A stretch of DNA of 64,000 nucleotides from Eutreptiella sp. 'Long Island Sound 2002' (GCA_964036045.1 OZ038378.1:189100001-189164000); one strand, 5' to 3'; numbered from the stretch's first letter, positions 35,678-48,325 are shown. Notes: generated from the letters alone by a model not told the origin. Made by a program: numbers and translations.

Positions 35678-35983
35678 ACACGATCCGACTTGTGGGAGGA
35701 CCCAACGCATCGTCCGGTCGTGTGGAGGTGTGGCACAAGCGCGAATGGGGGACGGTATGCAACGACTCCTGGGATGACGCCGATGCCGCTGTGGTGTGCC
35801 GGATGTTGGGGTATTCCGGGGGCGTGCAAATGCACTCCAGGTTCACGACGGGCACCGGGAAAATCTGGTTGGACGAAGTGGAGTGCGAAGGCACCGAATC
35901 CGACCTGGCGCAATGCAAGCACGCCGGCTGGGGCGAACACAATTGTGATCATAACGAAGACGCCGCTGTGACTTGCACCGCAG
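35678..35983 (+). CDS. Exon: SRCR domain (type b), phase 1-1, 306 bp
   Basis: TTTGTGCAG|AC..ACCGCAG|GT; [37 protein letters not shown]. Confidence 0.92.
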
Positions 35984-37376
35984 GTCAGACTGCGACTGTG
36001 GCTTTGGGGAGGGCACGGGCAGAGCGCGAGGACGCAGGTCAGCCAGGCAGCTACTTCTGCATCGCGGTGCTCAGCGGGTCACTTCGACGCACAAAGAGTG
36101 ACATAGGCCGCGGCGCATTGTTCCGCCCTGCTCCTGCTTTTGCAGGTCTGATGGGGGCTGAGTGGGACGTGCAACAACCGAATCGGCATTTCTTAGCTCA
36201 GCCCTTCCACCCTCAGCAAAGGTGAAGCGCATGAGTCACAGCGGTTGACGCATGCGCCGCTGTCCCTCGGCTTGGGCCCCGTGCCTCCCACAACAGCCGT
36301 CACCTGCATGTGACTGCAGGTGCATGTCTCAGTGGCGAATCATCTCATTTCAGGGCGGGTTTGACGTCCGCAAATTTTTCGCATTTTCCCGCAATTTTCC
36401 GCAATCGCTGTTTGCTTGTCGACCTTGCATGCTTGAGTACACAGCCAACTTCTGGTGGCGATGTGGAGCGCTTTCTCACAGTGTGGCACTATTTCCAAGC
36501 GTCAGCACCAATGGGATGACAATGCCCAACTGCCTTCGGTTCACGCTCTCATTCCATGGTGATATTGAGGGTTGCCTCCTGTAGTTGTGATACCTGTGGA
36601 CCATGTTTGAAGAGACACGGGAACATTCTGAGCCACCTGTGCAGAAGTGTTGCTCCTCGGGGCTTCAGGAGGTTTGGTTACGGCACCGCAATGATTCCAC
36701 AGTTTTGCCGCAATGTTCGGCATTTTTTACGCAACACTCCCGTAAGTTCCCGGAATTTTTTGCAATTGGATTTGACGCTCCCTGATCGCATCACCCCCCC
36801 CCCCCCCCGGCCCCCTGCTCATTTTAGAGGCTCAACGTACCTGGCAAAGGCAAAGGAGGGTCATCGTTGTGTAGGCAGTTTGCTGCAGGATGCAGTACGT
36901 ATTGGCTTACATATTAAACTGAACTTTTTAATATTTTATATGGGACTGTAGCATATCATTTTGATATTTTTGAAGTTTATATTGAACAAAAGATTTGGTT
37001 CATCTTTGATTTTTTTGGGTACTAATTTTACTTGGTTTTAGTCTTTGATTTGGTTATTTTTATTTTTTAACTGATAGATTAGCTTTTGAGGTTAAAGTCT
37101 AAGTCGTATGCAAAATTGCAAAATTGCAGGTACAATTTATAAATAGAATCACTTTTTTCAAAATTTATTTAAGTTTTACTGAAAGATTTGAATTGGGTGA
37201 AATTCTAAAAGTCAATTTTTATGATTGGAAGTTTCGGCGTTTGTAGTGAGTTTTATTTGAGAAGAAGTTTAGGAATCTTTTATTTGATTAAGAACTTTTT
37301 GTGGTCAAGTTATTTAATTTTATTCTTGGGGAACTTTTTGATATGGCAATGGCGTCTGGTCGTCCTATTTGTGCAG

Positions 37377-37682
37377 ATATGATCCGACTTGTGGGAGGAC
37401 CCAATGCATCGTCGGGTCGTGTGGAGGTGTGGCACGAGCGCAAATGGGGGACGGTATGCGACGACTCCTGGGATGACGCCGATGCCGCTGTGGTGTGCCG
37501 GATGTTGGGGTATTCTGGGGGCGTGCAAATGCACTCCGGGTTTACGACGGGCGCCGGGAAAATCTGGTTGGACGAAGTGGAGTGCGAAGGCACTGAATCC
37601 GATCTGGCGCAATGCAAGCACGCCGGCTGGGGCGAACACAATTGTGATCACAACGAAGACGCCGCTGTGACTTGCACCGCAG
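37377..37682 (+). CDS. Exon: SRCR domain (type b), phase 1-1, 306 bp
   Basis: TTTGTGCAG|AT..ACCGCAG|GT; near-copy of the 35678 exon. Confidence 0.92.
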
Positions 37683-38954
37683 GTCAGACGTTAGTGGGCG
37701 TCAGCAGGGGCATTGGTAGGATGGCAATACGCATTCGACGAGGCCAGGCCACGGCTTGAGAGTTTGGATTTGCAGCGCAGAGCTCATGCTCCAGGGGGTC
37801 TGCGATCATCTGTTCCCTTCCCGTGCACTGGCCACAAGTCCAGACAGGCAGTCAGTCAGTCCTTGCGATGCTTCTCTCAATCCATGCGTGTCCCCCTCCC
37901 ATCAGACCTGGCGGAGTCCCTCCCCCCATCGCTTCTCAACAACGATATGGCACTGCGGGACATGGGACGAACTGTTGCAGAAGACTTAGCCAGTGGCGCC
38001 TGCATCCGCGTGGCTGACAGGGCAAATGCCTTGCTTTTTGGATTCCGTCACCAAGTGGTTTCGGACCAGACTTGACACTTCACAACAGCAAACGTATGAC
38101 CCCCAGCCACTTTCCAAAGCGCGATCCATCCACCGTAGGCGTCAACATCGATGTTAAGAACCAGTGGCCTGCCTACCCGTCCTCCGCCCTCCACGGGGAA
38201 CACGGCCTGTGAATGTCGATGCTGATACCCATGGCTGACACACTGCTAGACGTACAGCGAGTAGCCCACACTCTATTGTGCTCAGTCACGCACTAACATA
38301 ACACCGGGAGGTCCCAGATGGACGTTGGGATGTCACAGACTGCTTGCATTGATGTATCTGTCACGAGCGGCAAGTCAACGATGTTTTCCAGGTCATATTG
38401 GCTGAGATGAACAAAGCGGTTTCTGCCATCTTGTCCAGCGCGGTCCAGTCGTTTGTTGTCCCAGCATTTTGATCCGTTGGCTGCCCATTATCTGCCGTTT
38501 GCAATCCATTTAACTGCTGCCGACATGTGCCTGATGATTTTGTGCGGCGCAAAGTTTCCCAAACTGACCAGAGCAGTCACACTCTCCTATGAAACGACAA
38601 CCCCAAGCGGGTAAGCCATGTTCCCCTGGGGCCACATCCGTGATGCAGAGCACAGATGCACAACCCGTTCTTGTCTGTGCAATCGGAGGAGTTGCATAAA
38701 CTTGCATGCTGCAACGCGGGCGTATAATGTCTGGACCTGGGGCTGTACAATCGTGGCAATGGGTCGCCAAGAAAAAACAAAGAATGGCTTTCTTGGTACG
38801 GAATTTAGCTTTTCGATGTATGCCCAGCAGGGGGATTGAGGGAGGACTGCACTCTGAAGTTCACAGTCCCTAGGTAGCCTCACTGGGTTGCAGGCCATTG
38901 CAAGATTGCAGTATACAATGCGTGATGCCATTGCTTTGTTGTGTATTTGTGCAG

Positions 38955-39272
38955 ATATGATCCGACTTGTGGGAGGACCCAATGCATCGTCGGGTCGTGT
39001 GGAGGTGTGGCATGAGGGCGAATGGGGGACGGTATGCGACGACTCCTGGGATGACGCCGATGCCGCTGTGGTGTGCCGGATGTTGGGGTATTCCGCGGCC
39101 GGAGGCAAAGGTGTTAGCAGTAAGCAGCATTTTGCAATCGGCACCGGGAGAATCTGGTTGGACGAAGTGGAGTGCGAAGGCACCGAATCCGACCTGGCGC
39201 AATGCAAGCACGCCGGCTGGGGCAAGCAAAATTGTGGGCACAGCGAAGACGCTGCTGTGATTTGCACCCCAG
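38955..39272 (+). CDS. Exon: SRCR domain (type b with a 4-aa longer loop), phase 1-1, 318 bp
   Basis: TTTGTGCAG|AT..CCCCAG|GT; intact SRCR motifs. Confidence 0.92.
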
Positions 39273-39960
39273 GTCATACTGCCGGCGAGTGTAGGGCTCA
39301 GAGACTGATTTGCACAGGACATGCCGTGACTATCGGAAGTCGCTTTTCCAGTCGTGTACGCACATACATAAGCGGGTCCACGGGTCAGGCCATGTCGCAT
39401 TCATTTTGTAGAAGCCGCGCCACTGTCAAGCCCCAGCCCCAGCCCCAGCCCCAGCCCCAGTCCAAGCTCAAGCCCCAGCCCAAGCCCAAGCGCAGGTCTT
39501 CTGCGATCACTGCCACCTTTGCGACACATCTCCGAACCACCGTGACCCCAACTGCCGCTTTGTGGGGCTGCCCTTTTAATGCCTCGTCCTCCCGTCGCCA
39601 ATTTCAAACAGTTCCGGGGACCATGGGACAGTCAGTTCATTGCTCAGGGCCTTCGTCCGTGGTCACTGCCTCCACTGTCTTTTGATGGAGGAAGCCAGGG
39701 TCGTACACTGAGAGACAGTACATAAGGCGTGCACCAAATCCGCACATCTCTGGGCAAATGGCCAGTCTCACAGCCTCGGGGGCGCGGCGTAGAACCCGAA
39801 GCCACATGCGGCGTACCTCGGACAAAGGCTGATGACTTGTGATTTTGTCAGCGTTTGAGGCAATCGGATTTGTGGTCTACGCCAAGGCACACTCCTGTCG
39901 CTTGTGCTGTGCTCCACACGGATGTTGGGGTGTGTATGCGTGTCTGCTTCTTTTGTGCAG

Positions 39961-40272
39961 CCGACACACGCCTTGTGGGAGGGCCTGATGACCTGTCAGG
40001 TCGTGTGGAGGTGCGGCACAATGGCGTATGGGGCACAGTCTGTGACGATGGCTGGGACGACCCGGATGCCTTTGTGGTGTGCCAGTCACTGGGGTACTCG
40101 GGCGGGACAGCGCGTGAAGGAGGTGCGTTTGGCAGAGGGCGTGGGCCGATATGGCTGGCCAATGTGAACTGCGATGGTACGGAAAGGACTGTGACTGAGT
40201 GCCCACACGGCGGCTGGGGCGGACACGACTGTTTACACAAAGAAGATGCCGGAGTAGTTTGCAGTCCTGCAG
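39961..40272 (+). CDS. Exon: SRCR domain (type a), phase 1-1, 312 bp
   Basis: Same splice context and translation as 33854 apart from a few substitutions. Confidence 0.92.
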
Positions 40273-42067
40273 GTGCTTGTGCTGTCCCCCCTCCTTCTTT
40301 CGTCGGGCCATTGCTCTTTGAAGGATTTCGAGGAGGTGTAACGAAGTGTTGGTTGGGGATGCTGAGGAATGACGCGGTGCTGCTGCACGTTTGCATTGCA
40401 ACTGGCGTTCCCTCCAAGTGTCACACTTTCACGGTCTTCATGGGCATATGCGAGTGTACGGCAAGACCGGCCCCACCCCCTCTCATTGAAGTAGCCTTCG
40501 GCTGCTGCTTTTTCACAGTCATCGGCGAGACCACGGCAGATCTGCAGAATGCATTTCGATTGAATGACCACTTGGGCGCCTTTCTCGACACGGAAACAGC
40601 CCTCAACGACTACGGGGGACGCCCACGACCACTTGAGGGCCCTGCCGCAATGTCACCATCAGAATCCGCATGTCACTGGCTCCGTGAGCCGCTCGAAAGC
40701 CTCCTGACGGCAGTTCGGAGCCCAAACCCGCCGAAAAACGCAGAACGCGCTCGACCCTCGGCCCCCTCCCCCAAACAGAAGCCGAGTCACGGGCGGCAGT
40801 GCGACCAGTCCCCAGACAGTCATGGGGTGACACGCCACAAGTGCCCACGGACTCCCCACAAGGACACAAGAACGAGGGAGGGTCGCTGCCGAGCTGCTCA
40901 GCAACCGGCCCCATGAGGACGCCCCGGGTGCCGAACGTGACTGGCAGCGGTATGGACGGGGGATCAGTCCCAGAACGACAGCAGAGAAGGACATGCGGCG
41001 GCATGTGGCATTATGACGAATCGGGAGGCAGTCGCATCGCACGCCCATGACCTCCTCCTCGCGGAAATGTGCGATCTGCCGACTGCACACATCATTTCGT
41101 GGGTGCATCCACCCGCGTGCAGAATCCTCATGCTGTTTGGGGGGGGTGTCGTCAGAGGCATTGAGAGGGTGTTTGGCGTCCGTCTGACTGCCACTTGGAA
41201 GTTTTGGGTTTCCAGTCGTGAGCCACAGCGCCTCGTTAAGGCAACTGTTTGGTGCACTTGGCATTTATTTGTGGTTTGATGGGGCGCTGTTGGAAGGCGA
41301 TGGGGATGGGTAATGTGGAATTCCTTTGGTTCAGACGAGTTCAGACGTGGGGCGGGTGGGTGGGGCAGGGTCCCGGTGGGCGGGACGAGTGGGCATGAGA
41401 ATGTAATCAGATGGTCATTTGATTGCTGTTTTTTTTTGCTCTTGTTGTTGTCTGCGCTCCCATTTGTGGGGGGGGGGTTATCCACTGAGTCAAACGGAAT
41501 TGATTGTCAGCAAAGGTGCGCACTGTGTGCGCCCTCATAGACCGTTTTGTGGTGGCCATACAGCGTTCTCTCGTGCCCACGCTGCGACGAAAGTCTGTAT
41601 GGTCCGGTACGTGCAATGACATGTTGTGTGCAAGGTAATCGAAGTATCTACTGGGCATTGGCACTGTGGTTTGCAGGCTAAGGATGTGGCAGTGGTTGGC
41701 ATTGATTGGTGAATGGTGGGTATCTTTTGATGTGGCAGTGCGGTGCGGTGCTGTGGATGTAGTAGTGGCCATGTGATATGGACGGACCACTGTTTGATGG
41801 TTTACGGATTGTTCAGAGGATATTGAACACTAGATTAGCCGTGGGGGCAGCAGAGGCTGCTGGGGATGCTGGTGGACACACAGCGCGGGCACATGCGGCC
41901 ACGTGCGGCCACGTGCGGCATACCTCGGACAAAGGCTGATGACTTGTGATTTTGTCAGCGTTTGAGGCAATCGGACTTGTGGTCTACGCCAAAGCACACT
42001 CCTGTCGCTTGTGCTGTGCTCCACACGGATGTTGGGGTGTGTATGTGTGTCTGCTTCTTTTGTGCAG

Positions 42068-42379
42068 CCGACACACGCCTTGTGGGAGGGCCTGATGACC
42101 TGTCAGGTCGTGTGGAGGTGCGGCACAATGGCGTATGGGGCACAGTCTGTGACGATGGCTGGGACGACCCGGATGCCTTTGTGGTGTGCCAGTCACTGGG
42201 GTACTCGGGCGGGACAGCGCGTGAAGGAGGTGCGTTTGGCAGAGGGCGTGGGCCGATATGGCTGGCCAATGTGAACTGCGACGGTACGGAAAGGACTGTG
42301 ACTGAGTGCCCACACGGCGGCTGGGGCGGACACGACTGTTTACACAAAGAAGATGCCGGAGTAGTTTGCAGTCCTGCAG
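42068..42379 (+). CDS. Exon: SRCR domain (type a), phase 1-1, 312 bp
   Basis: Translation matches the 39961 exon. Confidence 0.92.
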
Positions 42380-42904
42380 GTGCTTGTGCTGTCCCCCCTC
42401 CTTCTTTCGTCGGGCCATTGCTCTTTGAAGGATTTCGAGGAGGTGTAACGAAGTGTTGGTTGGGGATGCTGAGGAATGACGCGGTGCTGCTGCACATTTG
42501 CGTACCAGTCGCGATCGCCTCTTTGTGCCACACTTTCACGGTCTTCATGGGCATATGCGAGTGTACGGCAAGACCGGCCCCACCCCTTCTCCTACAAGTA
42601 GCCTTCCACTGACGTGATGTTCATCACCGGCGGGAGCATTATAGATTAACCGGATGGTTTCTCTGATGCGCATTGCCGCCGTTTTCCCTCGGCCATCACC
42701 ACTGGCGGCGGTTGTAGCATTCGTAGCTGTTGGCCTCTTTCACAGGTTTCATTCCTGGGTCTTTTGGTTTTTAGGTTCGTGGCGGGGCAGTCCGGCGCTT
42801 CCCCTCTGTGTCATCCCTGAAACCTCTTTGATGCCGTGGTGAAAGACACATACTGTCCGCTGAATGTAGAGAAGACGTCACGTGAGAAATTGTTCGTTCC
42901 TGGG

Positions 42905-44960
42905 CGGGAGATACCGCCGTGCCTGTGTGTGTCAGCCGCGCACACCCGCGAGGGGCGGGGGGGGGGGATGCCGGGTCTCATCACCGGGTGGCGCCGAGCC
43001 CCACTCTCTCATCCCCGGGCGCTCGTCGGCACGCGCACGGCGGCAGTGCCCGTCTGTGGTGTTGCGTCAGTGGGTCCCTGCAAGTTGACAGGCACTGCTT
43101 GGAGTCAGGCTTTGTTTACCACACTATGCAGCGCCCAGTGATGGGTCACCCCCGGCCCTACAAGGAGCCACAGAGGCCCCAGTGGGTACGCCTGCATGGG
43201 GGCAGCGTCTGTGAGGAGGGCCCTGCTCCTGCCGCTTGGGCAAGGCGGTTGAGCGCCCAGTCGGGTCATTGCTGCCAGCGATGAGCACAGTTGTGGGCGC
43301 GACGGGGTGGGTCTCGGGCTCCCACGGGAGGGGCATGCGCGCTCTCCCCTCGCCACGCCGGCACGCCACGCAGTGGGTACATTGCAACCAGGCTCAGTGT
43401 CCAGTCTTGATAGCTGTCATGGTGCTGGATCTTGATGTTAAACAGGGCAATTGGAGGCCACACACGCTATCCACTCGCCACGCCGCCAGGCCACGCAACA
43501 GGTAGTCCAGTGCTGACAGCGGTCACCGTGTTGGATGCGGATGTTAAACGGCTGGTCTGGCTGGGACAGTGGCGGGCTGATGGCATAGGGTAGTGAGGCC
43601 CAGAGGGCCAGCATTGCCACCGGGGCCTGGGACGGGGTCAGCTAGCCCACCCACCACCACTGCTGCTGCAAAACTCTCTTACGGGCTGCTGGAGGCCCGG
43701 GGGTAGAGCCACTAACCCCCCCCCCCTCGGCATAAATGAGACCAGAGAGGGTCAGTAGGACACCTGAGGGCATGTCGGCATGGTGGCAGAGGCCATCCCA
43801 CGTGCAGCACTGAAGCTGGCGCTGTAGAAGACCGTAGCCAGCCATCCAACAGCACGTCCACCCCCAGTTCACGCACCCCCAGTCCACGTGGCCCGTGTCG
43901 GAAGAACAGGGCCTGAACCATACCTGATGCTAGCATCCGTTTTAATCTGGGTGCCCGTCCGTGTGCGTCCATTTTGATTTGGGGGAGCGTCCGTTTGCAT
44001 CCGTCTTAGTTTCGGGGTGTGTCTGTTTGCGTCCGTTTTGCGTTCATGTTTGCGTTGCGTACCCCGTTACTGAAATAATTGCCGGCAACCAAGCACCAAC
44101 GGTTGAGCATGCTGCAGCATGCTGCAGCACCTTTTTTGGGGCCTGTTGGTGGGAGTTTTGAAGCATGCTGCAGCATGCCGCAGCACACTGAAGGTTTGGT
44201 TGGGACTTTTTTGGGGGGAAAATATCGGACCAAAATATTGATTGCATCTCTGGGCAGCACTTTTTCGAAGATGGCCAGTACTCGAGTGGTTCAACGGTGC
44301 ATCACTGACTCGAAGGATCTCCAGTTCGATTCCTTAGAATGGCCCCATTGAATCACCCGTGCGCATGGGCACACAGTGCTGTGCTGAGCTTTGATAGATC
44401 ATTGTTTCTGTCTGCTGTTGAGCCCACTGAGGAGGGGACAACACAACCCAAGAGGAACAAGGAGACAACCAGGAGTACTACAGACTGTTTGAAGTGGGCA
44501 ATTGGAGAAGGCATCGGGCAGAAATTGGGCATGTCCTTTGGGGTGCGTCTGTTTGGGTTCGTTCTGGTTTTGGGGTGCGTTCATTTGCGTCCGTTTCAAA
44601 TTTTGGGGGCGCCCATAACCGTCCGTTAAACCGGACGCTAGCATCAGGTGTGGCCTGAGCTTGAAGAAGGCAGGCTTGGGCGGCTGGACAATGCCACAGA
44701 AGTGGCACTCCAGGGTCACTGTCGGTCTTGCGGCGTCTGCAACTCAAGGACCGGGTAGGCGAAGGCCCGCTTGACGGCGAGCGTCGGGATCACAGCGGCC
44801 TCCACCAGGGCCTTGAAGTCGGTTGCTGTAGGTCCCAGGAGGTCACGGCGGGAGCCTGCGAAGTGCGCTCCGGCGATGGCCAGGCCACGCACTACATCCA
44901 GTCCCATGTGGGGGTCCAGCATCAGGGCCCCTGGTAGCACAGCACCACGCGGGTACCCAC
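42905..44960 (-). mobile_element. Decayed retroelement-like remnant (paralog of 51070-52420), interrupted by a TIR element
   Basis: Clear nucleotide similarity to 51070-52420; both give minus-strand peptides such as GPTATDFKALVE; the element class is inferred. Confidence 0.5.
43922..44649. mobile_element. ~730-bp non-coding TIR element (MITE-like)
   Basis: Left ACCTGATGCTAGCATCCG, right CGGACGCTAGCATCAGGT; absent from the paralogous site near 52085; target duplication ambiguous. Confidence 0.7.
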
Positions 44961-44963
44961 AAG

Positions 44964-46001
44964 CGCGGGGGGGCCGCCGGGACCGGACCCTTTACGCCGA
45001 CCCCCCCCCCCCCCCCTCCCTGCCGGGTTTTGGCCCGGAAGTGCCGGACCATGGGCGCCGAAGGCGCCCTAAGGAAATTTTGCTTGACTTAGTAGAGGGT
45101 GAAAAATTGGGTTTTTGCCCCATGTGTCTATACTCAAAATACTCAGTTTTTTTAGGAGAACCCAATAGTGGATGAAAACCAAATTGGACCAAATATCTAT
45201 GCCACTCCTGTGCAGAGGTATATCAGAGATGGGCCCTACCCTAGTGGTAAAGCAGTGCCCTGCAACTTGAAAGTCCTGGGTTCAAACCCCAGTGGTGTCA
45301 ATCTGCAGGACCAGAGGCAGGTCCAGGGATACCATGGGAAAATTTTTTTTGCTTTTTTTTGTTTCGACTTTATCCTCTTTGTTTGGGACCCCCGAGAATG
45401 CACGATTTCTGCCCACTTGTGGGCCTCCCAGAAGGCAGGGTTTAGGCATCCAATTCTCATTTTGTCCCCCTTGGTGATGTAGCATTATCGCCCACTTGTG
45501 GGCCCCACCTATTTTGATTTTGTCCCCCTCTCTTTGGGGATCCCCGAGAATGCAGGGGTGATGTAGTATTTCCGCCCACTTGTGGGCCTCCCAAAAGGCA
45601 GGGTTTAGGCAACCAATTCTGATTTCGGAACGGGTTTCGGAACATACATCAACTCTGCCCTAAAAACAAGCATGGTTTGGCCTGGGTGGGGCGCCACTAG
45701 CAATAGTGGCCGGGAATGGACTCGGGGGTGCTATGCCCTTAAACAAAAGTACCACCTACCATGCCCCCCCCCCCCCCTTGTTTCAAAAAATTTTCTCCAA
45801 CATACATGCTTCGAAGTGATTACCGCGTTGAGGCGGTCATCTTATGCCATGTTTGTCAGGCTATGAAGCCCCCCCCCCCCCTTCTTGGCAGCCCCCCTCC
45901 CCCCCCCCCCAGACCCAGCCCCCCCCCCCCCCCCCCGCCCTGAAAATGGTTCGAGAGTGGGAGGGAGTCGGCGTATGGCCCGTCGCTACGGCCCCCCCGT
46001 G
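44964..46001. mobile_element. 1038-bp non-autonomous TIR element with 8-bp TSD (hAT-like)
   Basis: CCCACAAG at 44956-44963 and 46002-46009; imperfect ~40-bp TIRs CGCGGGGGGGCCG..TACGCCGAC / GTCGGCGTA..CGGCCCCCCCGTG; the paralog has a single CCCACAAG at 52419-52426. Confidence 0.85.
45229..45300 (+). pseudogene. tRNA-derived sequence (Cys-like GCA), probably non-functional or a SINE head
   Basis: A-box-like TAGTGGTAAAGC, perfect T arm CTGGG-TTCAAAC-CCCAG, CTGCAAC loop; poor acceptor and anticodon stems. Confidence 0.55.
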
Positions 46002-46254
46002 CCCACAAGTGAATATTTGGGGGGAAGGGGGCTCCTGTCATCGTCTTTGTCAGCAATACCCAGAAGTGAATATTGGGGGGGAAGGGGGCTCCTGTCATTG
46101 TCTTTGTCAGCACTCCATTGCCTCACACTGTACCGTCGTTACCAGGCAAATCGATCGGCGGCACAAATGAGCACCCATACCCATGAAGCATCCCATGTAC
46201 ATGCACTGGTGTCGAAGGATGATTGTTTTATTTTGGTGCAAAACAACAACAGCT

Positions 46255-46380
46255 GCTGCTGAAAGTAGCATTTCATCGTCATGGTGGAAAGAATCCAGTT
46301 GGACAAAGTGGAGTCAGCAGGCACCGAATCCGATCTGGCAAAATGCAAGCATTCCCGCTGGGGCGAACACGATTGTCGTT
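46255..46380 (+). pseudogene. Decayed SRCR pseudo-exon
   Basis: RIQLDKVESAGTESDLAKCKHSRWGEHDC versus [29 protein letters not shown]; a stop follows. Confidence 0.8.
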
Positions 46381-46770
46381 GTGCTGCTGCTGCATAAAAA
46401 AGGGCGAGACGTTTACCAATGCACATGGGGATGACGGAATGTAGTTGGTAGACACTGTCTGCGAATGATAGACGTGGTCTGCAAATTGTAGTCACAGTCA
46501 GCTTGTTGTACCTTACGCCCCCCTTGTACTTCCCTCCCCCCTGAAAATCCCCCCCCTCGTTCGATAGGCCACAGAGTGCCTTGGCGTCTATCAGGCACCA
46601 AGCGCCGCATTGTTGAGGTGATGTTTGGGGTGTTCAGACGTCGCTTTGGTGCTACATGGGCACATTTGACCCCCTCCCTGCCCCCATACCACCAAGGACT
46701 GCGGGGGGAGGGGTGCCAGCATCATATTTGCAGTGCAGAACCGCCCCAATGCTGCTTTATTGTCACGCAG

Positions 46771-46932
46771 ATGTGGACTGCATCAGCAGCTGGAGCCCTT
46801 GGTCAACCTGCACTCAAACATGCGGTGGAGGAACGAGAACTCGTATACTTACCATTACCACACGTCCTTCCGGGGCTGGAACACGGTGCCCGGCAACCAA
46901 GGAAACCGAAACCTGCAATACTCAGCCCTGCA
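46771..46932 (+). CDS. Exon: thrombospondin type-1 (TSP1) repeat, phase 1-1, 162 bp
   Basis: CACGCAG|AT..CCCTGCA|GTATG; DCISSWSPWSTCTQTCGGGTRTR..C..ETCNTQPC. Confidence 0.93.
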
Positions 46933-47015
46933 GTATGACCCCCATGCATGTGCATTTCTGCCAGCATCATATTTGCAGTACAGAGCCGCCCCAATGCTGC
47001 GATATTGTCACGCAG

Positions 47016-47177
47016 ATGTGGACTGCATCAGCAGCTGGAGCCCTTGGTCAACCTGCACTCAAACATGCAATGGAGGCACGCGAACTCGTATACTTACCAT
47101 TACCACACATCCTTCCGGGGCTGGAACACGGTGTCCGGCAACCAAGGAAACCGAAACCTGCAATACTCAGCCCTGCA
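47016..47177 (+). CDS. Exon: TSP1 repeat, phase 1-1, 162 bp
   Basis: Follows an 83-bp GT-AG intron; same motif. Confidence 0.93.
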
Positions 47178-47557
47178 GTATGACCCCCATGCATGTGCAT
47201 TTCTGCTCGGGGAAGCTCAACGCTCACCCAGTGTGCCGAATGAGGCACGGATTGTGCATGCGTCTTCATTTTGTTGTGGCCAAAGCCCTTCCCATCCCGT
47301 TTCGGATATGGAAACAGACCCCCTGCCAAACTGTCAAAAGAAAGAAGCACGGCAGTACAGCAGACGACACCCAGGGTTTTTGAATATGTCTCCACTGACA
47401 AAGGAACGATGCAGACATTTTCTTGGAAGTTTGAAGGAAATTGGCATTGAGAAATGCAGAAATAAGTTTTTGCGGATGCGATGGCATCTGCGTCACAACG
47501 GGGCAAGGGAAACAAAAGTCGTCGTGGCGCTGGAGACATAAGGGACATGCGATGTAG

Positions 47558-47632
47558 CGCAATGCAAGCACTCCGGCTGGGGCAAGCACGATTGTCGTCA
47601 TAATGAAGATGCTGCTGTGCTTTGCACCACAG
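47558..47632 (+). CDS. Candidate 75-bp phase 1-1 mini-exon encoding only the SRCR C-terminal part
   Basis: TAG|CG CAA TGC..ACC ACA G|GTCTG; [23 protein letters not shown]; weak acceptor. Confidence 0.4.
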
Positions 47633-48325
47633 GTCTGTAGGGCATGCTCCTCGGTGGAAAAAAGTATTGTATCTAAAGAACAGCTCGGGGGGGCTAAACC
47701 GCATCGGTACCACACTCAACGCTACATTGGTCATGACAGGGCCTCTCCCAATGTCCTGGAAACTCATCATTTCGTGTAACAGGCTGTGGAGGTCATGTCA
47801 CATCAGTCCTACACACGCCTGTGGCGGGCCCGGGTTGGTGCCCGCTCTGAGGTTTCTTATGTCCCAATAACATCAGGGATTCAGCGTTGGGTCATATATC
47901 GCACTACGTCGATCAAGTCCAAGATGGTGGTGGGGGGAAAGGTGGCAGCGATTACCCCATCTGTGGTTTGTAGATGCTAGCGGGTGTGTGTCTGTGTGTC
48001 TGTATGAATACATTTTTTTGCAGTTTTTTTTTTTTTGCATTTTTTTTTGCATGTTTTCGCCTGATGTGTAGTTGTCCAACAGCGGGGAAGGACTCTATTC
48101 TATGAGGTGTTCCACATGCAGTAGAGGTTGAAATCACCCCGATCACACCATTTACACTCTCATTTGGTGGGGTTATCCGGGTACCATAGCCCAATGTATG
48201 AAATTGGATGTTGGGAGCTGGGGTGGGGCTCGGGGCGTGGTCCACCCGGGCAATGTGCATGGGGGAGTATGTGGAAGGGCCAAGAAGGCTCGAGCCCGGA
48301 GGCCCATTGTGTTCCATTTCTCCAG

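Noticed and set aside
36345-36785. hAT-like MITE bounded by CAGGG...CCCTG
   Set aside because: The inverted match is too short and the flanking 8-mers differ (no TSD)
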